Notes under the pieces: model-generated
Seen by the model: only the letters and a program-made list of their open reading frames with translations
What the model was told of the DNA's origin: nothing
Database searches by the model: none
Translations under genes and position numbers: made by a program
From: an uncultured bacterium
Lineage (GTDB): Bacteria > Patescibacteriota > Minisyncoccia > UBA6257 > 2-01-FULL-56-20
Reading direction: 5' to 3'
Assembly (NCBI GenBank): GCA_963707865.1
Contig: OY970175.1
Location: forward strand, 556,011-620,010
Length of the DNA: 64,000 nucleotides
Part shown: one piece after another, positions 20,812 through 30,295 of the stretch
Layout of the letters: every line of letters starts with the position of its first letter
Numbering within the stretch: position 1 is the first letter of the stretch

Positions 20812-21459
20812 CTAAGCAGCCCTTGCAGATTGAAGGAATTCGTAATCCTTTCGGAAGATATGCTTCGCCATGCAAAAAATGCCGAACGCGATGAAAAGCG
20901 CGGAGAACACGTCTATGGAATAGTGGAGGTGCCCAAGAAGCACGGAGACGCCACCGATCGTGGCGAATGCGAAGAAAAGGTATCGTAAATATTTTTCGTC
21001 CCAAAAGACGAACGCAAGCATGAAGGGTAATCCGGTATGCGCCGAAAAGAAGAGATCGTCGCCGGAGCTGAATTTATAGAAGAAATCGGTGGTATCAAGA
21101 TAGGAATGTACCTCTGGCGGCGCGATATGGGTAAGCACCATAAAGATAGAACGAATGAGCGTAAAGAGGGCGATGCTTTTCAGCACAAAGGGGATTCGCC
21201 GCGGCTCATAAAAAATAATGAGGAGCACGACGACATAGAAAATGGTGGCTCCCTCCGTGAAGACAAAGTTGACGTTCACGACGGGGATATTATCCAAGAT
21301 AACGTCCGTGACGACATTTGATACATGCGTCACCGTAAAAATATTCGCGTAATACGTGGCGAAGAGCGCAACTGCATAAAATATTACACCGAAAACCACC
21401 CCGATGAGGAAGCGCTTTTTTGTCCAAATACCTCTATGTTTTTGGATGAATCTCTCCAT
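20812..21459 (-). CDS. PAP2_C / sphingomyelin-IPC synthase-like membrane phosphotransferase
   Basis: Six TM segments; DDLFFSAHT and HLHYSIDV motifs. Confidence 0.8.
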   Translation of the reverse strand: MERFIQKHRGIWTKKRFLIGVVFGVIFYAVALFATYYANIFTVTHVSNVVTDVILDNIPVVNVNFVFTEGATIFYVVVLLIIFYEPRRIPFVLKSIALFTLIRSIFMVLTHIAPPEVHSYLDTTDFFYKFSSGDDLFFSAHTGLPFMLAFVFWDEKYLRYLFFAFATIGGVSVLLGHLHYSIDVFSALFIAFGIFCMAKHIFRKDYEFLQSARAA

Positions 21460-23384
21460 CAGCGACCGTGAAGTTTTGCTGCGTGCACGAGTCCGGAAAC
21501 GATAACGTTCATATCCAACATCGCCACCGCGACGAACTTGTCAGCTCCCCCGTAATACACATAGAGCTGATGCTTCATCATAATCGCTCCGCAGGGAAAA
21601 ACAACGTTCGGAACCACACCCTCTTTTTCGTAGGGCATCATAGGCTCCAAAAGCGGATCGTGCGTCCGGTAGAGTACGAGCGAGGGGTCTTTGGCGTCAA
21701 GAAGCGCGGCGCGGATGCTGTAATGGCTCGTGCGGCGCGAAATGCCGTGATAGAAAAGCAGCCATCCATATTCGGTTTCTATCGGCGGCGAAGTGCCGCC
21801 GATCCGTTTTGAATCCCATTCGCTCGGGCGCGGCTGCATAAGAATCTTTCCGCCGAGGAACTTCGTCTCGCCGTCAAAATTCAAATCATCCACGGAATCA
21901 ATCCAGATATCCGACCCAAGACGGTGCAAGAACCAATACTTCCCCCCGATCTTTTTCGGAAAGAGCGCGGCATCTTTGTCGTCAAGTCCGGGCGGCGAAA
22001 TCAAGACCGGCTTCGTCCAATGCCACTTGTGGTCGTCAAAATCCTTCGCGCCGATTGATGTGAATGCGACGCGTGGAGGATCTTTCCCGTCAAACGCGGT
22101 GTAGCACATGTAAATCGTATCTCCTATCTGCGTGAGCCGCGGATCCTCACAGCCGGAATTGCCGCCGGGCACGAGTTTTTGCTCAAAACCTTCGCGCGGC
22201 GTGTAAATCGGATCCTGAAGCCGCTTGGTAACATGCACGCCATCCACCGAACTTGCGTATCCGATAACCGACGTATTGTCATCGGACATCGCGCGGTAGA
22301 GAATCCTCACTTTGCCGTTCAAAAAGATCGCCCCGGGATTGAAGGTCGCTTTGGCTTCCCATGCATGTTCCTTGACGGGTGCCACGATGGGATTGCCTTC
22401 AAAGCGAACAAGTTCCCGCTGTCTCGTAAAAACCAGTTGTTCCAAAAGGTCACCGAGCGGCACCACTGCGACGCAAGAAACCGTGTCTGCGGCACCGTAG
22501 TACAGGTACACGTCCTTTCTGTGAACGAGCGCACCCGACGGAAATACAATGTGCGGCACGCGTCCGTAATATTCGTATTCTTCCTCCGGCACAAGGAACG
22601 GCCGCTTCACTTCGCCCGCAATCCTTTTGGGATCGTTCATGTCCAAAAGCACCGCCTGCACCCCGAAGATCGCCGGTGGCGAAAAGTAATTGTAAATATA
22701 AGAGTAAAAGACGAGCCAGCCATCCTTGGTTTTCAAGGGCGCCGCGCCGACCTCCACTTGGTCCTTCTCGTCGTTTTGCTCAATATCAATAACGTGGCTC
22801 TTCCAATCGGCATACCATACATTCCAGTATTCTTCCGACCAAATGTCTTCAATGCGATCAAAAAGTGCAAGGCAGATCTTCGCCGGCGGCCGATCGGTGT
22901 TCACCGTAAGAATCGCTGCGATCTTGCCCTGGACACGCTCCGGAAAAAGCGCCATCGCTTTCGCGTTGAAAGGCGTCACAAGATGTTTCTCTTGTATCGT
23001 CCTGCAATCGCGGGTGACGGCGACGGCCACTCTGATGCCGTCCGCGGAAAATTCCCTGACCGCCGTATAAAAAACATAGTGCTTTCCTTCAAACGTCGTC
23101 GCACGGGGGTCTTCGCAACCGTAGCGTTCCCAATCGTGCTCCGGACCGAAGAGCCGCTCGCGGTTCTTGAAATGAACGCCGTCCTCACTTACCGCGTGAC
23201 CGATCACAGAAATTTCCACTTCGCGGTCTCCCACTTTTTGCTTCGCGCCCGTCGCACGATAGAGCATGTGGATCAAGCCGCCTTCCGTGACGACGCACGG
23301 ATTGTACGCGGCGACGGATTCCCACGCCGACTGCGGATCGGGCGAAAGCACCGGATTTTCGGATAGGCGCCTAACGAGCGGCAT
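21459..23384 (-). CDS. Tandem double GH130-like (beta-propeller glycoside phosphorylase/hydrolase) protein
   Basis: Two copies of (Y/F)NP...LYRA...GCEDPR...K.A.LFP...VFP.G. Confidence 0.85.
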   Translation of the reverse strand: MPLVRRLSENPVLSPDPQSAWESVAAYNPCVVTEGGLIHMLYRATGAKQKVGDREVEISVIGHAVSEDGVHFKNRERLFGPEHDWERYGCEDPRATTFEGKHYVFYTAVREFSADGIRVAVAVTRDCRTIQEKHLVTPFNAKAMALFPERVQGKIAAILTVNTDRPPAKICLALFDRIEDIWSEEYWNVWYADWKSHVIDIEQNDEKDQVEVGAAPLKTKDGWLVFYSYIYNYFSPPAIFGVQAVLLDMNDPKRIAGEVKRPFLVPEEEYEYYGRVPHIVFPSGALVHRKDVYLYYGAADTVSCVAVVPLGDLLEQLVFTRQRELVRFEGNPIVAPVKEHAWEAKATFNPGAIFLNGKVRILYRAMSDDNTSVIGYASSVDGVHVTKRLQDPIYTPREGFEQKLVPGGNSGCEDPRLTQIGDTIYMCYTAFDGKDPPRVAFTSIGAKDFDDHKWHWTKPVLISPPGLDDKDAALFPKKIGGKYWFLHRLGSDIWIDSVDDLNFDGETKFLGGKILMQPRPSEWDSKRIGGTSPPIETEYGWLLFYHGISRRTSHYSIRAALLDAKDPSLVLYRTHDPLLEPMMPYEKEGVVPNVVFPCGAIMMKHQLYVYYGGADKFVAVAMLDMNVIVSGLVHAAKLHGR

Positions 23385-24567
23385 TGCGCAGCTTTGGAGC
23401 GCCATAGCGCTTCAATTCCTCAAGGAACGCATCGAGTTTGGCCATCGCGACGCAGACCACGGAATCTCCCCCGCCGTAGTAAAGGTAGAGCTCGCCATCC
23501 TTCGTGACCGCACCGCAGGAATAGACGACACCCGACTTGAATCCATTGTTCTCGTAATGCATATCCGGCTCCAAAACCGGCGCGCGCGCGCGGTATAGCA
23601 CTTTCGCGGGATCTTTGAGATCAAGGATCATGGCGCCGATCTTATAGCGGTCGGGATCGCGCACGTCCATTGCGTGATAGAAAAGCAGCCACCCGAGTCT
23701 TGTCTTCACGGGCGGCGGCCCCGCGCCGCGGATCCAGCTGTCCCAACCCCCCGCGCGCGAAACGCGGTCATAATGGCTTTGGATGACCGTTTCCTCATTT
23801 TCCAATTTTTCCAAGCTGTCAAAATATTCAACTTCAACGCGCGGCGAAATGCTGTGCAAAATGGCGAACTTGCCGTTGATCTTTTCGGGGAAGAGCACCC
23901 AGTTTTTGTGAATTTCTCCAGGCGGAGAGATGAGTGCCGGTTCCTTCCATGTCCAACGTTTTTTCAAAAAATCCTCCAAACTGATGGAAGATAACGCGAT
24001 GCGGATGGAGCCCCAGCCATCAAACGCGGTATACATTAGATATACTCTATCGTCGAGAAGCGTGAGGCGGGGATCCTCACAGCCACCGTTCCATCCCCCA
24101 CCCGATAAGTATGCGACGGGCGAAACGGACGCCTCCGCCCCGGATGTCGGCTTCTCACGGCTCACGGGGATAAATGCGGGCCGCTCCAAACGCTCCGCAA
24201 TGGTCACCCCATCGTCGCTTCGCGCGTACCCCAATACCGACATGTCGTCCCCGCCGATGGCCCGATAGAGAAGATGCACGCGATGATCCGCATATAAGGC
24301 ACCCGGATTGAATGTCGCCTTCATTTCCCAATACCGCCCTTCGTGCGGCGCGATGATCGGATTGCCTTCGTGCCGTACCAGCTGATGGAGTTTTGGGTAC
24401 GCCCGTTCTCTCTTTTCCCTCCGCGCCCGCGCGAGCGCCGCGCGGCGCAAGGTTCGCAGCAATACGACGTGATGGGAATTAGATTTTTTTGCGTGACCCC
24501 GCGGCGTGCGCTTTTTAGGAGATGCACGGGCGGATTTTTTCCTGATTGCTTTGCGGAGTGGCGGCAT
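23371..24567 (-). CDS. GH130-like glycosidase with a basic N-terminal tail
   Basis: TFNPGA, LLYRA, GCEDPR, HKNWVLFP, VVYSCGA; start uncertain. Confidence 0.85.
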   Translation of the reverse strand: MPPLRKAIRKKSARASPKKRTPRGHAKKSNSHHVVLLRTLRRAALARARREKRERAYPKLHQLVRHEGNPIIAPHEGRYWEMKATFNPGALYADHRVHLLYRAIGGDDMSVLGYARSDDGVTIAERLERPAFIPVSREKPTSGAEASVSPVAYLSGGGWNGGCEDPRLTLLDDRVYLMYTAFDGWGSIRIALSSISLEDFLKKRWTWKEPALISPPGEIHKNWVLFPEKINGKFAILHSISPRVEVEYFDSLEKLENEETVIQSHYDRVSRAGGWDSWIRGAGPPPVKTRLGWLLFYHAMDVRDPDRYKIGAMILDLKDPAKVLYRARAPVLEPDMHYENNGFKSGVVYSCGAVTKDGELYLYYGGGDSVVCVAMAKLDAFLEELKRYGAPKLRNAAR

Positions 24568-24652
24568 TGTATTAGCTACACCAAAACTTGGGGACAAAAA
24601 CCCCAGTCTTATTTACAATTATACACTACGCAGTACGCCGCGAAGGCCCCTT

Positions 24653-25852
24653 TTAGTGCATAACACTCCAGGTCGCGGGGTCCAAATCCCCATCCGCCTT
24701 AAAAAGCATTGCTCCGCGAAGCCCGTATTTCTTAGCTATAGCTATCTTATCCGCCGTTGACTGTGCATCGCTCACGGAAGCAAAGAAGGTAGTGGAGGCG
24801 TTGGGATCTTTCGTCACGAGTGCCGTAGGAAGCGTAGAGGCGACAAGGGAAGTTAGACTGGGGCCGACGTTTATGTGTGTGCTGGAAGCGAAGGTGAAAC
24901 TTAACTCGCCGGCATTATTGCGGTACGGCGCGATGCCCAAGTTGTCCGCCCGATCCATCGCTTGGAAAAACGTGAAGCTGCGCACCCTCTCATACGTGGT
25001 CGCCCCCATGTTCCACGAAACCTGATATTCGTAACCGTACGTCGGGATGCCGAGTACAACTTTCTTCGGACTGATCGTCGCGATCGTATTTTTGATCACT
25101 TTTTCCACCCATGCCGGATCTGCAGTCGGCGCGTAGAGCGTGCCATTCCCTTTTGACGCGTCGAGGTTGATATCAATCGTTCCTTGGTCGTAGGCCATAA
25201 CGCGCACCTCGTCACAATATTTATTGAGCGCGGTGTAATCTTCAGCATACGATACTATGGGCAATGGGTTTGAATCATAGAGCGAACTCACGGGCGTTCG
25301 CGGCACGACAGTGCAGGCAAGCGCCTTGTTCACCGGGTGCAACCGGAGCGCAAGCCCATAGATAAAAAGGGAATAATACGGCTTTGTGCTGGACGTCATG
25401 CTTTCAAAATCAATATCAATGCCGTCAAATTTTTTCGCTTTCACGAGCGCGGCGATCGTATCTTCTTCCGCCTGGCGCTTTTTGGTATTGGAAAGAAGTC
25501 TATAGATATTCGCGGTATCAAACCAGGCAATCGTGGGAATGATCTTCACGCCCGCGTCGCGCACGGCGCCGAACCACGCGTCCCATGAACCATTGCCAAT
25601 GTGGAGATCGTCGATCAAGGCACCACTGGAACTCAACTCGTACGAGAATGGACTTACCTCGTGAAGGATATCAAGGTTCACCGCAATGTTCGCCGCACCG
25701 TCCTGGCTCTTCCAAAATGGCAGCCAGACACCGTAGTAAAATGGCGTCTTTGTGGCCGCGTGCGCCGTAGCCGTGCCTACCGCACCCGCGAAGATTGCGG
25801 CGGGCGTCGCAAGAAATACTATAAAAATTGTGGCAATGATTTTCGTTCTCAT
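24653..25852 (-). CDS. Secreted GH18 glycoside hydrolase
   Basis: Signal peptide; FDGIDIDFE catalytic motif; VMAYD; LGIPTYG. Confidence 0.9.
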   Translation of the reverse strand: MRTKIIATIFIVFLATPAAIFAGAVGTATAHAATKTPFYYGVWLPFWKSQDGAANIAVNLDILHEVSPFSYELSSSGALIDDLHIGNGSWDAWFGAVRDAGVKIIPTIAWFDTANIYRLLSNTKKRQAEEDTIAALVKAKKFDGIDIDFESMTSSTKPYYSLFIYGLALRLHPVNKALACTVVPRTPVSSLYDSNPLPIVSYAEDYTALNKYCDEVRVMAYDQGTIDINLDASKGNGTLYAPTADPAWVEKVIKNTIATISPKKVVLGIPTYGYEYQVSWNMGATTYERVRSFTFFQAMDRADNLGIAPYRNNAGELSFTFASSTHINVGPSLTSLVASTLPTALVTKDPNASTTFFASVSDAQSTADKIAIAKKYGLRGAMLFKADGDLDPATWSVMH

Positions 25853-26739
25853 GTTTGTTTCCGCGTGATAAATCCTTCCCGTGCGAGCGTGCGCACGATT
25901 TTCCGGATCCGCGGAAGGGGCTCTCTGATTTCCTGGTTGACTCTCCGAACAAGCGATGTTTGAGAAACATTCCCCAAACCTTTCCCCAGGAGCAGTATCC
26001 GCAATATTTTACCACGCAATTCGCGGTCCGAGCCAGCAAATCGCGGCTGTTTCCTATAATGAGCGCTCTTCCAATTCGGATTTTTGATGTCACGCCCGCT
26101 GCCGTTCTCGCCCCCCGAGACAACTCGGCTTGCTGCACCGAGCGACGCGCCGTAATCCATAAGCGCCCAGTACCACTCGCGCGCGTTCTTCCGCGGGAGG
26201 GTTCGTTTGATATAACGCGCGAGTTCCCGATCGGTTACCCACTGTCGGCCCGGTCGGCGCGAAAAGAACGGTCGGCGCGAAAAGAAAAAATGAATGAAAA
26301 CGCGGCGGATGTTCGTTTCAATAAAAACCTCCGGTTCATCCCACGCAAACGCGCGGATGGCGCCCGCCGTCGCTTTCCCTATTCCAGGCAGCGATTCAAG
26401 ATCGGCGCGGTCGCGCGGGAGTTCGCCATTAAATTTTTCTAAAACAATCCTTGACAAGCGCTGGAGTGCAAGCGCGCGTCGGTTATACCCCATCCCCTGC
26501 CACGCGCGGAGCACCTCCGCCGTCCTTGCCCGCGCGAGCGCCCGGACATTCGGAAATTTTTTGATGAAAACCGGATAAAACTTCATCACCCGCGCGACCT
26601 GCGTCTGCTGAAGCATGATCTCCGAGACCAAAATACGGTACGGATCGCGCGTCCGCCGCCAGGGCATACGGCGCCCCTTACGGCGGTAATAATCCCAAAT
26701 AACCCTTCTAAAATGGGCCGTGGACATCGTATTCATCAT
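25849..26739 (-). CDS. mutY: A/G-specific adenine glycosylase-like HhH-GPD protein
   Basis: MPWR, VSEIMLQQTQV, WQGMGYNRRA, LPGIGKATA, ALMDYG; start 26739 or 26727. Confidence 0.85.
   Translation of the reverse strand: MMNTMSTAHFRRVIWDYYRRKGRRMPWRRTRDPYRILVSEIMLQQTQVARVMKFYPVFIKKFPNVRALARARTAEVLRAWQGMGYNRRALALQRLSRIVLEKFNGELPRDRADLESLPGIGKATAGAIRAFAWDEPEVFIETNIRRVFIHFFFSRRPFFSRRPGRQWVTDRELARYIKRTLPRKNAREWYWALMDYGASLGAASRVVSGGENGSGRDIKNPNWKSAHYRKQPRFAGSDRELRGKILRILLLGKGLGNVSQTSLVRRVNQEIREPLPRIRKIVRTLAREGFITRKQT
26251..26286. repeat. Perfect 18-bp in-frame tandem duplication in mutY
   Basis: cggtcggcgcgaaaagaa x2, giving FFSRRP FFSRRP. Confidence 0.95.
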
Positions 26740-26765
26740 AGACCAAAATTGGAGCCCCCGCGGGA

Positions 26766-26796
26766 CTTGCAATATTTGGTGACGTTGTGGTATAAT
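26766..26796 (+). promoter_or_regulatory. Extended -10 sigma70-type promoter
   Basis: TTGCAA at 26766-26771; TG-G-TATAAT with the -10 at 26791-26796. Confidence 0.65.
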
Positions 26797-26802
26797 ACAA
26801 AC

Positions 26803-26998
26803 GTTGTAAGTGTTCTTAGTAGGTTTGGCTTGTCCAGCCGTAGTTTTGCCCGTGATGCCTTGCGTGAATGGCACGCATGATAAGTAAAACTACGGCTAGA
26901 TGAGAAAGCAGAGGAGAAGTAGGTCGCCTTACACAAAAATAGCAACACAGAGAACTCAGCACCAAATTGTTTTCGCGAGAAGGCGCTGGGTTTTATTT
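26803..26998 (+). ncRNA. Candidate ~195-nt structured RNA (6S-like or RRM-gene leader)
   Basis: Promoter upstream; 12-bp stem 26836-26847/26886-26897 with inner hairpin; terminator-like hairpin plus U-tract at 26953-26998. Confidence 0.45.
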
Positions 26999-26999
26999 A

Positions 27000-27305
27000 A
27001 TGGCTACAAAATTATACGTTGGGGGTTTGCCCTACACCACGACGCAGGATGAGCTTCAGGCTGCGTTCGCGCAGGCCGGCACCGTTTCGTCCACAACCAT
27101 CATTGTGGACAAGATGACAGGCCGCTCGCGCGGGTTCGGTTTCGTCGAAATGGCATCCGACGAGGATGCCCAGAAGGCGATCGAGATGTGGAACGGCAAG
27201 GACTTCGGCGGCCGCAAGTTGACCGTGAACGAAGCCAAGCCCCTTGAGCAGCGCGCTCCCCGGAGCGGCGGCGGCGGCTATGGCGGCGGACGCCAGAGCT
27301 GGTAG
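27000..27305 (+). CDS. RRM-domain RNA-binding protein with Gly-rich tail
   Basis: RNP2 KLYVGGL, RNP1 RGFGFVEM, LTVNEAKP. Confidence 0.95.
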   Translation: MATKLYVGGLPYTTTQDELQAAFAQAGTVSSTTIIVDKMTGRSRGFGFVEMASDEDAQKAIEMWNGKDFGGRKLTVNEAKPLEQRAPRSGGGGYGGGRQSW

Positions 27306-27322
27306 GATCCGCTTAACTGCAG

Positions 27323-27359
27323 AACCAAAAATCCCGCGACAACGCGGGATTTTTGGTTT
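27323..27359 (+). terminator. Intrinsic terminator (bidirectional-type)
   Basis: aaccaaaaatcccgcg-acaa-cgcgggatttttggtt. Confidence 0.85.
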
Positions 27360-27529
27360 GTCCTCGTCTTATGCTTTTCGGAGCCCGCTTCGGACTCGAG
27401 AAATCAACTCGCTCATAACGAAAATCCGCCACCCTGGTCGCTGCTCCCGGGTACCCGGTGGATTTTCTATTCGCTCGCGATTTCTACCTCGTCCTCTCGC
27501 TAGGCTCCTCAAAACACAAGACGAGGACA
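27359..27529. repeat. Palindromic intergenic element, family A, copy 1
   Basis: Nested inverted repeats; its reverse complement aligns with 38521-38714. Confidence 0.85.
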
Positions 27530-27603
27530 GGCACAAGACTTCGCAACCCGAGTACTTCTGAATAGTTTAGGATGGGACCATCTTACTCATCTCGATCGGG
27601 ATG

Positions 27604-28041
27604 TTAACCCGTGACTTTATTTTTGTGATAGCCAAGCCGGTTCATAATCCGTTCTTGCATTTTCCCAATTGTTGTACCGAAAGCTAGAAAAGGAGACATT
27701 GACCCCACAACGATCGGCCAAAGTAATGCCAAAATACCCCACAGGTATACATGATTATAAATTAAATATCCACCAACGCCGATCGAAGAAAACCATCTTA
27801 ACTTCACAAAAATTGGGCCGAAGTACATTAAGTTTAAATTAATAAGCATCATAGAAACTAAATTCCAGGCGATGCCTATAATTAACAAAATAATCACCAC
27901 AAACTCTGGTTTATAAAATATAAACAATAGAGGAACAATCGGCTGGGTTATAAAAAAAGGCCAAGCACGCCACTCTATTGCTCGCAAAAGGGCCCATCTT
28001 AGGTTCTCGTCATCTGTATAACTTGTTGGATCCCAAAACAT
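27604..28041 (-). CDS. Hypothetical membrane protein (AT-rich)
   Basis: Several hydrophobic segments; ATG 28041 chosen to avoid overlap with the upstream gene. Confidence 0.65.
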   Translation of the reverse strand: MFWDPTSYTDDENLRWALLRAIEWRAWPFFITQPIVPLLFIFYKPEFVVIILLIIGIAWNLVSMMLINLNLMYFGPIFVKLRWFSSIGVGGYLIYNHVYLWGILALLWPIVVGSMSPFLAFGTTIGKMQERIMNRLGYHKNKVTG

Positions 28042-28075
28042 TTTCGTAATTATTGAACGGGCAATTCTAAAATCG

Positions 28076-28483
28076 TTAGTACGATGAAAAGTCATCATTA
28101 CTTCTCCTATTCTGATAATCAATATAAGCTTGATCTGGATGAACTTGAACGCCTTTATTTTGACAATTAGGGCAATCGAAGTAAGCAGGATTTCCGCAAG
28201 GCTGCATTCTTATTAACTTTTTGTCCGAATCCCAACAACGAGAGCAAAATGGTCCGTCGTGACCCTTTTCTTCTTGAAACCAGTAGGCATTTTTTTCGTA
28301 TCTGAGCTTTCCTTTGATTTCCAGTTTTTCCTTCAAATCACGATTCTCAACTTCAAGATCACCTATATGTTTCTGCATCTCGATCATTTTTCCCTGAGCA
28401 TTAAGAATCTGGCGGTACTGTTCAATTTTCCCGCTCTCCTGTAATACTTTCGCCGCGTCTTTTAACCCATCATATACACCCAT
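28076..28483 (-). CDS. Hypothetical coiled-coil plus zinc-ribbon protein
   Basis: GPFCSRCWD...CPNC; TATAAT just upstream; AT-rich. Confidence 0.75.
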   Translation of the reverse strand: MGVYDGLKDAAKVLQESGKIEQYRQILNAQGKMIEMQKHIGDLEVENRDLKEKLEIKGKLRYEKNAYWFQEEKGHDGPFCSRCWDSDKKLIRMQPCGNPAYFDCPNCQNKGVQVHPDQAYIDYQNRRSNDDFSSY

Positions 28484-28592
28484 TTGAGCTAATTATAATC
28501 AAAATTTAGTAATCCCACATGCCCCACGGTTACTTGGATGCTACGCAACGCTGCCGCTCGCCTCTCGCACCGCGCGGTGGTAAAATGAACGC

Positions 28593-29639
28593 ATGGAAAT
28601 CGCGCTTTTTGCAATTATTGTGGTTGCCCTCGCACTTATCGCCTGGCGCCTCTTCAAGCCACAACCGCCCCAAAAGCAGGATGACCAGGCGCTGCTTCTC
28701 ATTCAAAACCAAATCCAGGACCAGCAAAAACAGATCCGCGACCAGATGAGCGAGCTTTCGCGGACGCTTGATGCGCGGCTCGGCGATTCCACGAAGACCA
28801 TGCTCGCGCAGTCGGACAAAAGCGTGCAGATCGTGCGCGAAATCACAGGCGAGATCACGAAGGTGACCGAGGGACAAAAACAGATTGCCTCCCTCGCCGA
28901 CCAATTGAAAGGCCTGCAGGACATTTTAAAAAACCCGAAACAGCGCGGCGTGCTTGGGGAATATTTTTTGGAAACGGTTTTAAAGAATGTTCTTCCGCCC
29001 GGCGCCTACCAATTGCAGTATCCCTTTGCAGATGGAACAAAAGTGGATGCCGTCATTTTTTACCAGGACCACGTAATCCCGATTGATTCAAAATTCAGTT
29101 TGGAAAATTATAATCGTTTTGTGGGCGCGGCCACCGACGAAGAACGCAAGCGGTTTGAGGATGCCTTGCGCATGGATCTCAAAACGCGCATTGACGAAAC
29201 CGCAAAATACATCAAGCCCGCCGAGGATACGCTGGACTTCGCTTTTATGTTCATCCCGTCGGAGGCGCTTTATTATGACCTCCTTGTGAACAAGATTGGC
29301 GCTGCGGCGGAACGCGACCTTATCCAATATGCGGGCGAAAAGCGCGTCTATCCTGTTTCCCCCACCACGTTCTATGCCTACCTCCAGATGGCGCTCCAGG
29401 GAATCCGCCAGATGGAGATCAACAAGTCCGCCGAGCAAATTCGCAAAAACGTTGGCGAACTGCAGCGCCACTTGGAACGTTACGAGGAGTATCTGGAAAA
29501 AATCGGTACGCACCTTTCGACCACCACAAACGCCTACGACACCGCCTACAAAGAATTTGGGAAGATAGACAAGGACATTTTGAAGATCGGCGGGAGTGCC
29601 GAGTTGGATGGTCCGCGGTCGCCGGAAAAACCGCTCTAA
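28593..29639 (+). CDS. rmuC: DNA recombination protein RmuC
   Basis: N-terminal TM, coiled coil, KQRGVLGE, PIDSKF, FAFMFIPSE, VSPTT. Confidence 0.92.
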   Translation: MEIALFAIIVVALALIAWRLFKPQPPQKQDDQALLLIQNQIQDQQKQIRDQMSELSRTLDARLGDSTKTMLAQSDKSVQIVREITGEITKVTEGQKQIASLADQLKGLQDILKNPKQRGVLGEYFLETVLKNVLPPGAYQLQYPFADGTKVDAVIFYQDHVIPIDSKFSLENYNRFVGAATDEERKRFEDALRMDLKTRIDETAKYIKPAEDTLDFAFMFIPSEALYYDLLVNKIGAAAERDLIQYAGEKRVYPVSPTTFYAYLQMALQGIRQMEINKSAEQIRKNVGELQRHLERYEEYLEKIGTHLSTTTNAYDTAYKEFGKIDKDILKIGGSAELDGPRSPEKPL

Positions 29640-29682
29640 AATTTAATAATCTTTTAACGGCTGGTCGTGTTAAATAAGAGGC

Positions 29683-30156
29683 GTGACTACTCACGCCTTC
29701 ATTGACGCCGCAAACCTTTTCTACAGCAGGGAAAGGTGGATAGAAAATATAGATCATCAGAAATTGATCGATCATCTTCGAAACCGATACAACGCCGCAG
29801 CGATTTTTTACTTTAGCGGGGTTGAGATGCACAAGACAGGAGAAATGGCGTTTTATCGCCACCTTGCATCGCTCGGATACACCTTGCATTTGAAACCGGT
29901 GAAATATTACCGCCAAAGAGATGGCTTCATAAAGAAGAAGGCGAACTGCGATGTTGATATAACGTTTCTCCTTATGAAGGAGCAGAATAATTTTGACCGG
30001 CTGATATTTTTATCGGGAGACGGGGACTTCCTGCCGGTACTGAAGTACCTTCACGGTTTGGGTAAAGAGATAATTATCATCGCGAAGGAGAGAAAAACCG
30101 CCCGCGAGATCCGAAAATTCTTTGGGAATAACTTTATAAATATGGACATCCTATAA
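29683..30156 (+). CDS. NYN (LabA/DUF88, PIN-like) domain ribonuclease
   Basis: FIDAANL, KANCDVD, FLSGDGDFLP acidic motifs. Confidence 0.9.
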   Translation: MTTHAFIDAANLFYSRERWIENIDHQKLIDHLRNRYNAAAIFYFSGVEMHKTGEMAFYRHLASLGYTLHLKPVKYYRQRDGFIKKKANCDVDITFLLMKEQNNFDRLIFLSGDGDFLPVLKYLHGLGKEIIIIAKERKTAREIRKFFGNNFINMDIL

Positions 30157-30159
30157 TGC

Positions 30160-30237
30160 CGCAAGGCACGATGGTAATCGTGCCTTGCTTAACGGGAGGA
30201 ACCCCGGATTTCCGGGCTCACCCTCCCCGTACTTCGA
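30160..30237 (-). ncRNA. Candidate small RNA convergent on the NYN gene
   Basis: Minus-strand TTGACA(30270-30265)-16-TACAAT(30248-30243); hairpins 30192-30230 and 30161-30188. Confidence 0.55.
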
Positions 30238-30295
30238 TTTCTATTGTACCGGCCAATGCCCTAATGTCAAACCTCTTTTAATGAAATTTTAATCC

